A stretch of 64,000 nucleotides of DNA. Source: Collinsella aerofaciens. Its GTDB lineage: Bacteria > Actinomycetota > Coriobacteriia > Coriobacteriales > Coriobacteriaceae. The DNA is taken from positions 6,810-70,809 of the forward strand of contig RQBM01000202.1 in NCBI GenBank assembly GCA_008668795.1. Direction: 5' to 3'. The translations under genes and the position numbers were made by a program. This document shows positions 1-9,585 of the stretch, piece by piece. The notes beneath the pieces are model-generated. The model did no database searches, was not told the origin of the DNA, and worked only from the letters and a program-made list of their open reading frames with translations. Position 1 is the first letter of the stretch. Each line of letters opens with the position of its first letter.

Positions 1-145
1 CACGATAAAGTGCGTCCTCGTGTACTATGATAAGTTCCCATATAACACTGCTCCTCGGATGCCTTGGTCCCAATCGGTGAAACCATGGTATCAGAGCGCG
101 CAAAATAGGTTCGCAGAGGCTTTTTAGAAAGGTAACCTCCAGCCC

Positions 146-1534
146 ATGATTAAGATTGCCAAGTTTGGCGGCTCGTCGGTCGCCGACGCCGAACACTTCA
201 AAAAGATCAAGGCCATCGTCGACGCTGATCCTGCCCGCCGTTTTGTGGTGGTTTCCGCCTGCGGCCGCCGCTTTAAGGGCGACACCAAGGTGACCGACCT
301 GCTCTACCTGGTTAACGCGCACGTTAAGTATCACGTGTCGTGCGAGGAGCTACTCGAGGACATTGGCCAGCGCTATTTTGATATCGCTGACGAGCTGGAG
401 CTCACCTATCCCATCCGCGAGGAGTTTGCGGCCTTTGCCGAGCGCGCCCGCTCGGGCGGCTACTCCACCGAGGAGCTTGTGAGCCGCGGCGAGTACTTCA
501 CCGCTCGCCTGATGGCCGAGTACCTGGGCCTGCCGTTCCTGGACGCCGCGACGGTTGTGGCGTTCCATCACGACGGTACGCTCAGCATGAACCGTACCTC
601 CGAGCTGGTGCAGGAGTACGGCCAGCAGGGCGGCTTTGTTATGCCCGGTTTCTACGGCGCGACGCGCGAGGGCCAGATTAAGCTGCTCGATCGTGGCGGT
701 GGCGATATTTCCGGCTCGATCCTGGCCAAGTGCCTGGGCGCCGACCTGTACGAGAACTGGACCGACGTCTCGGGCTTCTATTCTGCCGACCCGCGCATCG
801 TGCCCGAGGCTCAGCCCATCGCCCGCGTTACCTACGAGGAGCTGCGCGAGCTTTCGTACATGGGCGCAAGCGTCCTGCACGAGGAGGCCGTGTTCCCCGT
901 ACGCGAGGCGGGGATTCCGCTAGTCATCAAGAACACCAATGCGCCGCAGGACCCCGGCACTATCATTAGCGAGACGGCTGACGAGGGTGAGGCAGAGCCC
1001 ATTATTACCGGCGTGACCGGCAAGCGCGGCTTTGTCGCCATCAACGTCGCCCGCGACCGCACCAAGCCCCGTGTTGGTTTTATGCGTCGCGCGCTTTCGG
1101 TCTTTGAGCGCTATGACGTTTCCGTCGAGCACATGCCCTCCGGTGTCGACCGCTTTGGCGCCGTGGTGCAGGAGCAGGACGTTCACGATTCGCTGTACTC
1201 GCTCGTGGGCGACATTCAGCAGGAGGTCGAGCCGCTCGAGATTGAGGTTGTCGAGGGCCTGGCGCTTATCGCGACCGTCGGTCGTAACCTGCGCGGTCGT
1301 GCCGGCATCTCTGGCCACCTGTTTGGCATGCTTGGCCAGGCGGGCGTGAGCGTGCGTATGATTTCGCAGAGCTGTGACGAGATCAACATTATCATCGGTG
1401 TGGAGGAGAAGGACTTCGATCTGGCGATCCAGACCATTTACCGTGCCTTCTCCGATGAGAACGGCATTGTGAAGGTCTCCGACCTGGAGGCTCCCGCGCC
1501 GGTCGATCCCGCCCTGGCCGCGCTCCACAAGTAG
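146..1534 (+). CDS. lysC: aspartate kinase
   Basis: N-terminal KFGGSS, DRGGGD, WTDVSG..ADPR, ELSYMGASVLH motifs and C-terminal ACT-like region; upstream of asd. Confidence 0.93.
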   Translation: MIKIAKFGGSSVADAEHFKKIKAIVDADPARRFVVVSACGRRFKGDTKVTDLLYLVNAHVKYHVSCEELLEDIGQRYFDIADELELTYPIREEFAAFAERARSGGYSTEELVSRGEYFTARLMAEYLGLPFLDAATVVAFHHDGTLSMNRTSELVQEYGQQGGFVMPGFYGATREGQIKLLDRGGGDISGSILAKCLGADLYENWTDVSGFYSADPRIVPEAQPIARVTYEELRELSYMGASVLHEEAVFPVREAGIPLVIKNTNAPQDPGTIISETADEGEAEPIITGVTGKRGFVAINVARDRTKPRVGFMRRALSVFERYDVSVEHMPSGVDRFGAVVQEQDVHDSLYSLVGDIQQEVEPLEIEVVEGLALIATVGRNLRGRAGISGHLFGMLGQAGVSVRMISQSCDEINIIIGVEEKDFDLAIQTIYRAFSDENGIVKVSDLEAPAPVDPALAALHK

Positions 1535-1543
1535 CTGCCATCC

Positions 1544-1578
1544 CGTTGATTTTTTGGGACATGTCTCATAAATCTACG
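1544..1578. repeat. imperfect palindrome with GGGACA core (REP-like family variant)
   Basis: cgttgattttttGGGACAtgtctcataaatctacg, just after the lysC stop. Confidence 0.45.
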
Positions 1579-1606
1579 GCGGGGCGTTTCGTTTCGGTTT
1601 CGTTTC

Positions 1607-1640
1607 GACGGGGCGGGTTTCGTGCCTGCCCCGTTCTTGT
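1607..1640 (+). terminator. hairpin / probable intrinsic terminator between lysC and asd
   Basis: gacggggcggg-tttcgt-gcctgccccgttc followed by ttgt. Confidence 0.5.
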
Positions 1641-1708
1641 ATACACTGGCTACAATAATCGGCCTGCTCGGCGTGCGGGCAAAAGCCAAAACCTTTAAAG
1701 GGGGAAGC

Positions 1709-2734
1709 ATGAAACAGTACACGGTTGCTATTTTGGGCGCGACGGGAGCCGTGGGCACCCAGATGCTCGAGTGCCTCAACGAGCAGGAGTTCCCGGTCAG
1801 CAAGCTCAAGCTGCTGGCGAGCGCGCGCTCTGCGGGCAAAACCGTCGAGTTCCGCGGCGAGCAGATCGTGATCGAAGAGGCTTGCCCCGAGGCCTTTGAG
1901 GGCTGCGACATTGTGCTCGGAGCCGCCGGCGACGATATCGCGAAGGAGCTGCTGCCCGAGGCCGTCAAGCGCGGCGCCGTCGTGGTCGACAACAGCCATG
2001 CCTTCCGTATGGATCCCGAGGTGCCGCTGGTCGTGCCCGAGATCAATGCCGACGATATCAAGTGGCATCACGGCCTTATCGCCAACCCCAACTGCGCGAC
2101 CATTATCGGTCTGGTTCCCACGTGGCCGCTGCACCAGCTCGCCGGCGTGAAGCGCATGATCGTCTCGACGTATCAGGCGGCTTCGGGTGCCGGCGCTCCC
2201 GGTATGGCCGAGCTCGAGGCCCAACTGGCCGCCCTGGGCCGCGGCGAGGAGATTCCCGAGCCGCGCGCATTTGCCGCCCAGCTGGCGAGCAACCTGATTC
2301 CGCAAATTGGCGGCGTCAAGGAGGAAGGCTTTACCTCCGAGGAGATGAAGCTGCAAAACGAGGGCCGCAAGATCATGCACCTGCCCGAGCTGCGCGTGAA
2401 CTGCACCTGCGTGCGCGTGCCCGTGCTGCGTTCGCACTCCGAGAGCATTACGCTCGAGTTTGAGCGCGATATTACGGTGGAAGAGGCCCGTGCTGCGCTG
2501 GCTGCTGCTCCCGGCGTCAAGCTGGTTGACGATATGGTTGCCGAGGATGCACACGACCGCTTCCCCATGCCGATGGATACGTCCGACCAGGACCTGATTT
2601 GGGTCGGCCGCGTGCGTCGCGACATCTCGAACCCCGAGGCCGCGCGCGGTATCACCTTCTGGTGCTGCGGCGACCAAATCCGTAAGGGCGCGGCAACCAA
2701 CGCCGTCCAGATCGCTAAGCTGCTCTGCGAGTAG
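1709..2734 (+). CDS. asd: aspartate-semialdehyde dehydrogenase
   Basis: GATGAVG Rossmann motif, ANPNCAT catalytic Cys, STYQAASGAG, RVPVLRSHSE, DQIRKGAATNAVQI; start moved to ATG 1709 after a GGGGG RBS. Confidence 0.96.
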   Translation: MKQYTVAILGATGAVGTQMLECLNEQEFPVSKLKLLASARSAGKTVEFRGEQIVIEEACPEAFEGCDIVLGAAGDDIAKELLPEAVKRGAVVVDNSHAFRMDPEVPLVVPEINADDIKWHHGLIANPNCATIIGLVPTWPLHQLAGVKRMIVSTYQAASGAGAPGMAELEAQLAALGRGEEIPEPRAFAAQLASNLIPQIGGVKEEGFTSEEMKLQNEGRKIMHLPELRVNCTCVRVPVLRSHSESITLEFERDITVEEARAALAAAPGVKLVDDMVAEDAHDRFPMPMDTSDQDLIWVGRVRRDISNPEAARGITFWCCGDQIRKGAATNAVQIAKLLCE

Positions 2735-2957
2735 TGTGACCTGTTCGGCGGTGACGCTGCTGCGAGCGGCCTGCGATGGGGCCGTTGTTGGTTGGGGCCG
2801 CTGGGCTGATGTGAGGGCACGTGGCCGTTGCGGGCCCTGATCCCGGCGGCGGCCTCGGCGCTTTGCGCCTGCCGCCTTGGGGGACTGTGGGGCGCGGCCG
2901 GCAGCTGCGGCGCTGTCGCGCCTGCTGCCTGCGGGGACTTTGGGGTTGGTGCGAATC

Positions 2958-3115
2958 GAGGTCTAATACTTTTCCGAGAAGTGAACGACCTTATTTGGAC
3001 CCCCGAAGCATTGGCATATTTTGACCGCCATTTCCTGCGGTTTTGCGGTCTAAAGGTGTGGATGCTCCGGGGCTTCGATTTTACTCGTTCACTTCTCGGG
3101 AAAGTATTAGAGCTC
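2958..3115. repeat. 158-bp inverted-repeat element with apical CCTGCGGTTTT
   Basis: 31-nt arms 2958-2988 / 3085-3115 (2 mismatches), nested inner arms. Confidence 0.7.
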
Positions 3116-3277
3116 AGCTGATAGAGGTACCGCTCTGGCGTCGATGCCCCGCGTCTTCTTCGTTTGATTGGGGAAAACAGCCTCGCTTAAACAATTACGA
3201 GCCCGCCCAGACGTATCTGCGGGGTTGTCTGCACAGTTCGCGGTATTATGTTTGCGGAGTTTTGAAAGGAGCCGCAG

Positions 3278-3856
3278 GTGGTCACGACGACGTTTGCTTC
3301 GCCTTTGGGCGAAATCTTGCTTGCCGCTGATGGCCGCGGTCTGACGGGGCTTTGGTTTGAGGGACAGGAGCACTTTGGCTCTACTCTGCTCAAAGAAGAT
3401 GCGGAGCACGTTGAAGGTGCCGATGCGGTTTCTGGCGCCGGCGGTATGTCTTCGGTGGATCCGGCAAATGGTGCGGCTTCTTCGGTGCTTGAGCGTTCTT
3501 GGGCTTGGCTGAATGCTTATTTTGCGGGGCAGGAGCCTCGGTTTACGCCGCCGTTGCATATGATTGGCACGGCGTTTCAGCGCGAGGTTTGGTTTGAGCT
3601 GCTTTCTATCCCGCGTGGCGAGGTCGCTACGTACGGTGAGATAGCCCAGCGAGTTGCGGCTCGACATCGTGTGCCGGGAAACGAGGCTCCCGTTGTGTCC
3701 CCGCGTGCCGTGGGGGCTGCGGTTGCACGCAATCCCATTTCGATTATCGTGCCGTGCCATCGCGTGGTTGCCGCCGATGGTTCGCTCAACGGATATGCCG
3801 GCGGGCTTGACCGCAAGGAGTGGCTGCTTCGGCTCGAGGGCGCGTACGAGGAATAA
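3278..3856 (+). CDS. ogt: methylated-DNA--protein-cysteine methyltransferase
   Basis: GTAFQREVW, TYGEIA, RAVGAAVARNPISIIVPCHRVV active-site motif. Confidence 0.93.
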   Translation: MVTTTFASPLGEILLAADGRGLTGLWFEGQEHFGSTLLKEDAEHVEGADAVSGAGGMSSVDPANGAASSVLERSWAWLNAYFAGQEPRFTPPLHMIGTAFQREVWFELLSIPRGEVATYGEIAQRVAARHRVPGNEAPVVSPRAVGAAVARNPISIIVPCHRVVAADGSLNGYAGGLDRKEWLLRLEGAYEE

Positions 3857-3920
3857 CGCCAGGGCACTTTGCATAGCCAAGACGCCGTTTCCGGTTGAGA
3901 CCACTTGCTTGGACATCTTT

Positions 3921-4121
3921 CTACGCCCGCTTCTGCAGGGCATAGATCGACTTATCCATGTTGAACAGGTAAGCCGCGACGCAGACGATGAAGAATGCCG
4001 GCAGATTACCGAAACCGAAGACTTCGCAGCCAATCAGGATGGGTGCGAGCAGCGTATTGGTGGCGCTGCCAAAGACGGCTGCGTAGCCCAGCGCGGCGCA
4101 AAGCGCGATGGACATGCCGAG
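3921..4121 (-). pseudogene. C-terminal remnant of a ClC/EriC-family chloride channel
   Basis: LGMSIALCAALGYAAVFGSATNTLLAPILIGCEVFG...SIY matches the ClC C-terminal helices; the N-terminal majority is absent. Confidence 0.75.
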
Positions 4122-4483
4122 TTGAGCCTCGTTATGGCGACATCTGGGTAACAGAAAGGCCCGCGTTCCTCAGAGGCAAGATAGGCAATTCTGCTTTTGA
4201 GGTAGATCTCAATTCTGCCGACCGCATCAAACATTAACTGCCGGAGGGCTCGGTCAAATTCATACGTGTAGATGATGGTTTCGAATGTTGTGCCTTCGCG
4301 AAAGATGGTAATCCCGGACTTGCATTTGGTTTTGTAGGGAAAACAGTAGGCCGACAGTCTGTAGTGGCCGACTTCGACCAAAGCTCGCTCGAGTTCGCTT
4401 TGATCAGAGCACTTAAGACCCCTGTATTCTGTCAATAGTGCTATTTGTTCGTTGATGGATATCCGCGACTTCCGGTATTTCAT
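4034..4483 (-). pseudogene. Abi_2/AbiF(AbiD)-family abortive-infection protein, N-terminal ~120 aa only
   Basis: K..SINEQIALL..RGL, VGHYRLSAY, TFETIIYTYEFDRALRQLMFDAVGRIEIYLKSRIAY; low GC; runs into out-of-frame ClC sequence near 4120; no HEPN RxxxxH motif. Confidence 0.8.
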
Positions 4484-4497
4484 TTAAGCCTCTTGAT

Positions 4498-4546
4498 AGA
4501 AAAAGAGCTGGAGTTGCGCATCGTTGAGAGGCTTTCCAGCTTTAGC
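4498..4546 (-). ncRNA. abiF-motif-like RNA (candidate antitoxin / leader) upstream of the abi gene
   Basis: minus strand AGCUGGA-aaGCCUCUCAACGAUGCGCaac-UCCAGCU-cUUUUU; loop resembles the abiF RNA motif as I recall it. Confidence 0.7.
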
Positions 4547-4552
4547 AAAACA

Positions 4553-4581
4553 AACTTATAAGATGCGACGGGCCGCGTCAA
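4553..4581 (-). promoter_or_regulatory. sigma70-type promoter for the abiF RNA / abi gene
   Basis: TTGACG-N17-TAAGTT on the minus strand. Confidence 0.6.
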
Positions 4582-4654
4582 GATAATTACCGGACGGCCT
4601 AGGAGGCGGCTGGTTGGCTGGCTTAAAACCTAGCGCGTGAGATGACGCTCCACG

Positions 4655-5293
4655 CTATTCAGCGCGCTTGATAGGATGACGAACCACAGTCTTAAGTTTC
4701 TCCGGTGCACATTTGCGTGGATCGGAGAGATAGATTTCGTGATGGAAACGAGTGTCTGAGAAGTCGGGGACATAGCCCTGCTCGGTCGTGTATTCATTCA
4801 TAGCGCCTACGGTCGCCGGTTCGTTGTCGTAGGGCCCGGTGTGCATGCATTGAACGCAGAGGCCCTCGTCAACTTTAAGCAGCTCGACGGCAGAAAAGTC
4901 AAGTTTCTTTTTGGTCGTGGCTTCCGCGACTGCCCAGTCAAAGTCATCTCGGGTGACGAAATCGGGCAGGCGAATGCACGAGATAAAGTTGAAATCGTCC
5001 TTGCGTACATAATCGATGTCGCCGCTCGGGGAGTCTTGCCACCAGAAACCCTCGAGCGGCGGTACCACAAAGTCGAAATAGCCCTTGATACTCCTTGAGC
5101 CTTTCTTCGACATCTTGACGGTATAGGCGATGCCGTAAAGCAGCGGCAGGGCGTTTTGATACTCGCCACCTTCGGTATTTGGGTCGCCCTTTCCGCGAAC
5201 GGCAACGTAGCTCATAGGCGGGACAGTTACGATGCTCGGCTTGCTTGCAGGTTTGTAGAGCTCCTTGCATTCCTTCTTAAAGTCGAACGCCAT
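4655..5293 (-). CDS. GyrI-like small-molecule-binding domain protein
   Basis: DFKKECKELY, GKGDPN, VVPPLEGFWW, CVQCMHTGPYDNE, HHEIYLSDPRK..PEKLKTVVRHP. Confidence 0.88.
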   Translation of the reverse strand: MAFDFKKECKELYKPASKPSIVTVPPMSYVAVRGKGDPNTEGGEYQNALPLLYGIAYTVKMSKKGSRSIKGYFDFVVPPLEGFWWQDSPSGDIDYVRKDDFNFISCIRLPDFVTRDDFDWAVAEATTKKKLDFSAVELLKVDEGLCVQCMHTGPYDNEPATVGAMNEYTTEQGYVPDFSDTRFHHEIYLSDPRKCAPEKLKTVVRHPIKRAE

Positions 5294-5349
5294 GTTGGCC
5301 GCCTTTCTGCGTATTGGCCTGCTTAGATAACGGAATCATATCATAGAAA

Positions 5350-5363
5350 CGAACAGCTGTTCG
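5350..5363. promoter_or_regulatory. LexA (SOS) box upstream of the GyrI-like gene
   Basis: perfect CGAAC-agct-GTTCG; overlaps the -35 position of an extended -10 promoter TGaTATGAT (5343-5335, minus). Confidence 0.75.
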
Positions 5364-5474
5364 AATGATTTTGCTGACAGATAGAGATGCGTGCGTTGTG
5401 TTTGGCGGTCGGCCTGACCCCGTCGATGATTTCTCTGCCTTCCCGGCGCTTGCCTGCGCTCCCCGTTTCCCCAT

Positions 5475-5509
5475 ATAAAACCTGCCAAAATGAACCTGTC
5501 CCTTTTTGG
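5475..5509 (-). repeat. GGGACAG palindromic repeat, subfamily A
   Basis: reverse complement = ccaaaaagggacaggttcattttggcaggttttat, identical to 13726-13760. Confidence 0.9.
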
Positions 5510-5563
5510 CCGGCGTGAAATGGGTAATACTAAAGAGTTATCCGACCAGATGGGAATTAATCG

Positions 5564-6258
<695 letters not shown>

Positions 6259-6265
<7 letters not shown>

Positions 6266-9036
6266 CGCCCATGGACCAGGACCGCCAAAACAGCCAAAAC
6301 CACGATACGGAGCACGTGAGTCGCGACCGGGAGTTCGCGACCTACCGTACCGCTCAGAGCTCAAACGATATGGTGCCGACGGTATTTCGCCGTGGCATCT
6401 ACCGCACAATCCGCGGCAGTCTTAAGCGCTTTTTGTCCATCGTGGTCATCACCGCGCTTGGCGTGAGCGTGATGTGCGGTCTTAAGGCAGGCTGCGAGGA
6501 TTTGTGCGATTCGGTCGACGCCTATTTTGACCAGCAGAATGTCTATGACATTAACGTGCAGTCGACCTATGGCCTTACGCGCGACGATCTTGCGGCTATC
6601 CAAGAGGTCGACGGCGTCGAGACGGCCGAGGGTATCTACACCGAGACCGCCTACACCGCCGTGGGCACAACGCGCGAGCGCGTGGTCGTGCAAAGTCTTT
6701 CCAAGGAGAATATCGATCAACCGGTGCTGGTGAGCGGCGATTTGCCCGAGAGCGCCGGTGAGGTCGCGGTGACTTCGAAGTTCCTGAAGGCTTCGGGCAA
6801 AAAGCTCGGCGATACCGTGAGTTTTGCCGCCAATGACGCGAGCTCGTCCAACCAAAGTGCCAAGGACCAGTTTGCCGCGGGCGATTACACCATTACGGCC
6901 GAGGTCCTCGATCCCACCGACGTGAGCTCCGACTCGACAGTCAACGCCTTTCGCGCTGCTTCGGCTGCGGACTATAAGTTTTATGTGAACGAGGACGCCG
7001 CGACATCTTCTTCCTACTCCTCGGTCCACGTGATCGTCGAGGGAGCCAAGAGCCTCAACTCCTATTCGAATTCCTACACGACAAAGATCAACGAGGTCAA
7101 GGGCAATATCGAGAAGATCCGCGAGGAGCGTGAGAAGGCACGTGCTCAGGAGTTGACGGTTGACACGCCGGCAAGCTTAGATGCGGCCGAGCGCCAGGCG
7201 AATATGCTCTTTGGGATTGAACAGGACAACATCGACCGTATGGCCGAGGGCAGCGAGGAGCGCGTCCAGGCTCAGGCCGAGTTGGACCAGCGCTGCGCCG
7301 CCGCCAACCAACAATTCGCCGATGCCCGCGCCGAGCTTTCCGATCTGGGCGAATGCACCTGGTACATCCAGGACCGCGGTAACATCGCAAGCTACTCGAG
7401 CGTCGAGAGCGACAGTTCTTCGATCGAGGCCATCGCCACGGTTTTCCCATTCATCTTCTTTGTCGTCGCTGTGCTCATCAGCCTTACCACCGCCACGCGC
7501 ATGGTCGAGGAGGAGCGCACACTCATTGGCCTGTATAAGGCGCTCGGATACTCGCGCGAGCGCATCCTGTCCAAATACGTGGACTATGCGCTGTGGGCGT
7601 GTCTGATCGGCGGCGTGCTCGGCAATATCATCGGATTTGTGGGCCTGCCGCTGTTCTTGTTTACGGTGTTCGACGACATGTACTCGCTGCCTCAGATGCT
7701 GCTTTCGTACGACATCGTGTCCTCGATCGTTTCGGTGGCGCTGTTTGCCGTTGGCGTGGTGGGCGCCACGATTATCGCCTGCCGCCACGAGATGGCCGAG
7801 ACCCCAGCCTCGCTCATGCGTCCCAAGGCCCCGCGCGCCGGCTCGCGCATCTTGCTCGAGCGCATCGGCTTTATTTGGCGCCGCATGGGCTTCTTAAACA
7901 AGGTGGCGGCGCGTAACCTGTTCCGCTACAAAAAGCGTGCCTTTATGACCATCTTCGGTATCGCCGGCTGCACGGCGCTCGTGATCTGCGGTATGGGTAT
8001 TCGTGATACGTCGGTCGCGCTGTCGCCCAAGCAGTACGGCCACGTCACGCGCTATGACCTGCTGGCGGTTGCCAATCCCGACGATTTTTCGCAGACGTGC
8101 GCGGCATTGGATGAGCGCAGCGCGGCCAAGGATTCTGACGTGACCGTGACTTCGACGCTGCCGATTATGACCGACAACGTCACCTTTACATTCGGCGGAA
8201 AGAGCGAGACCGTGCAGCTGATTGTGGTGCCCGATGACCGCACGAACGACCTGGACGACTACGTGCGTCTCGAGGATGAGTCCAAAGAGCCGCTGTCTTT
8301 GCGTGACGGAGACGTGTATCTGAGCAAGAGTTCACAGCTGGTGCTGGGGATTCAACCGGGCGATACGGCACACGTCCAGGATTCGTCGCTCAACGTAGCC
8401 AAGGTCAAAGTCAGCGACATTTCGCTCAACTATCTGGGCAATACGCTTTATATGACGCAGGGCACCTATGAGCGCGCGTTCGGTCGAAGCGTGCGCCTTA
8501 ACGGTGTCTTTGTGCTGCTTAAGGGCTCAACTTCTGACCAGATTGCGTTTAGCAAGAAGCTTAAGAGCGACGGTTGGCTCACCATCTCAAGCACGGCCGA
8601 ACATTGGCAGAACTACGAGGCGAACTTTGCGATTATCAATTCCGTCGTGGTGCTCGTGACCTTTATGGCGGCGTGCCTATCGTTTGTGGTGGTGTTTACG
8701 CTGTCCAACACGAATATCTCCGAGCGCGAACGCGAGCTGGCGACCATCAAGGTGCTGGGCTTCCGCCGTGGCGAGGTACACCACTACGTCAACAAGGAGA
8801 CGCTGATCCTCACGGCGATTGGCACCGCACTGGGCGTGCCGCTGGGTGGCCTGCTTGCCGAGAGCTTTACGTACATCCTGCAGATGCCGTCGCTGTACTT
8901 TGACGTCGAAGTCGAGCCGCTGAGTTATGTGCTCGCCGTAGTGCTTTCCTTTGTCTTTACGTTTATCGTCAACCTCACTACCAATCGCACCCTCAACAAG
9001 ATCGACATGGTCGGCGCCCTCAAAAGCGCCGAGTAA
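6259..9036 (+). CDS. FtsX/MacB-like ABC transporter permease
   Basis: two FtsX repeats (RMVEEERTLIGLYKALGY; ERERELATIKVLGF); start may be ATG 6271. Confidence 0.92.
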
Positions 9037-9165
9037 CCTGTCCTGGGATTCAAGTTCTAGCGAGCTGCCGACGCGCCCGCAGCAGCATTTTTGCATAAAC
9101 CGCCCCGCCAAATGCATACTTTGACGGGGCGGTTGCTTTTTGCCCACAGGTACCCCAGGGGGCGC

Positions 9166-9368
9166 CGTGCAAATTCCGGAGTATTCAGCATCCCGGAGTC
9201 CGCGAGTGTGGGAGCGGGCGCACAAAAGCGCATTGAAAGCCTGACTTTGAGCTCCGGCGCCTCGAGGACCGCTCATTTTTTTGCAGAATGCGGCCCGCGG
9301 CGCCTGTCTCTCGCCCAAAATCCAGTATGCAGGCACTCTCGGCTGCTGAATACTCCCAAAAATGCACG
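9166..9368. mobile_element. MITE-like element with 25-bp imperfect terminal inverted repeats
   Basis: cgtgcaaattccggagtattcagca ... tgctgaatactcccaaaaatgcacg; second copy at 60279-60514. Confidence 0.55.
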
Positions 9369-9400
9369 CCGCATCCTACCCCAGGCACTTGCAGCAAGAA

Positions 9401-9585
9401 GACGAATAGCCTCGGCCTCCCCGGTTACCGCAGGAGGCCCCAGGGCTTACCTCCCAAATCTTTCCGCAGGACGGAAGGATCCCGCCGCGCGAAGCGCACG
9501 GCGGGATCCTGACATGTCCGAGGACGATTTGGGAGGTAAGCCCTGGGGTCTCCGATGAGAGCAGTTTCGGCCGAGGCTATTCGTC
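9401..9585 (-). repeat. long hairpin element directly after the pfkA stop (CGTCCTCGGACATG / CGTCCTGCGGAA family)
   Basis: nested stems of about 17, 28 and 12 bp; internal motifs shared with 62970-63161. Confidence 0.85.

Noticed and set aside
1..145. Lysine riboswitch upstream of lysC
   Set aside because: No L-box motifs visible; only a promoter-like TGgTATCAG/TATGAT region
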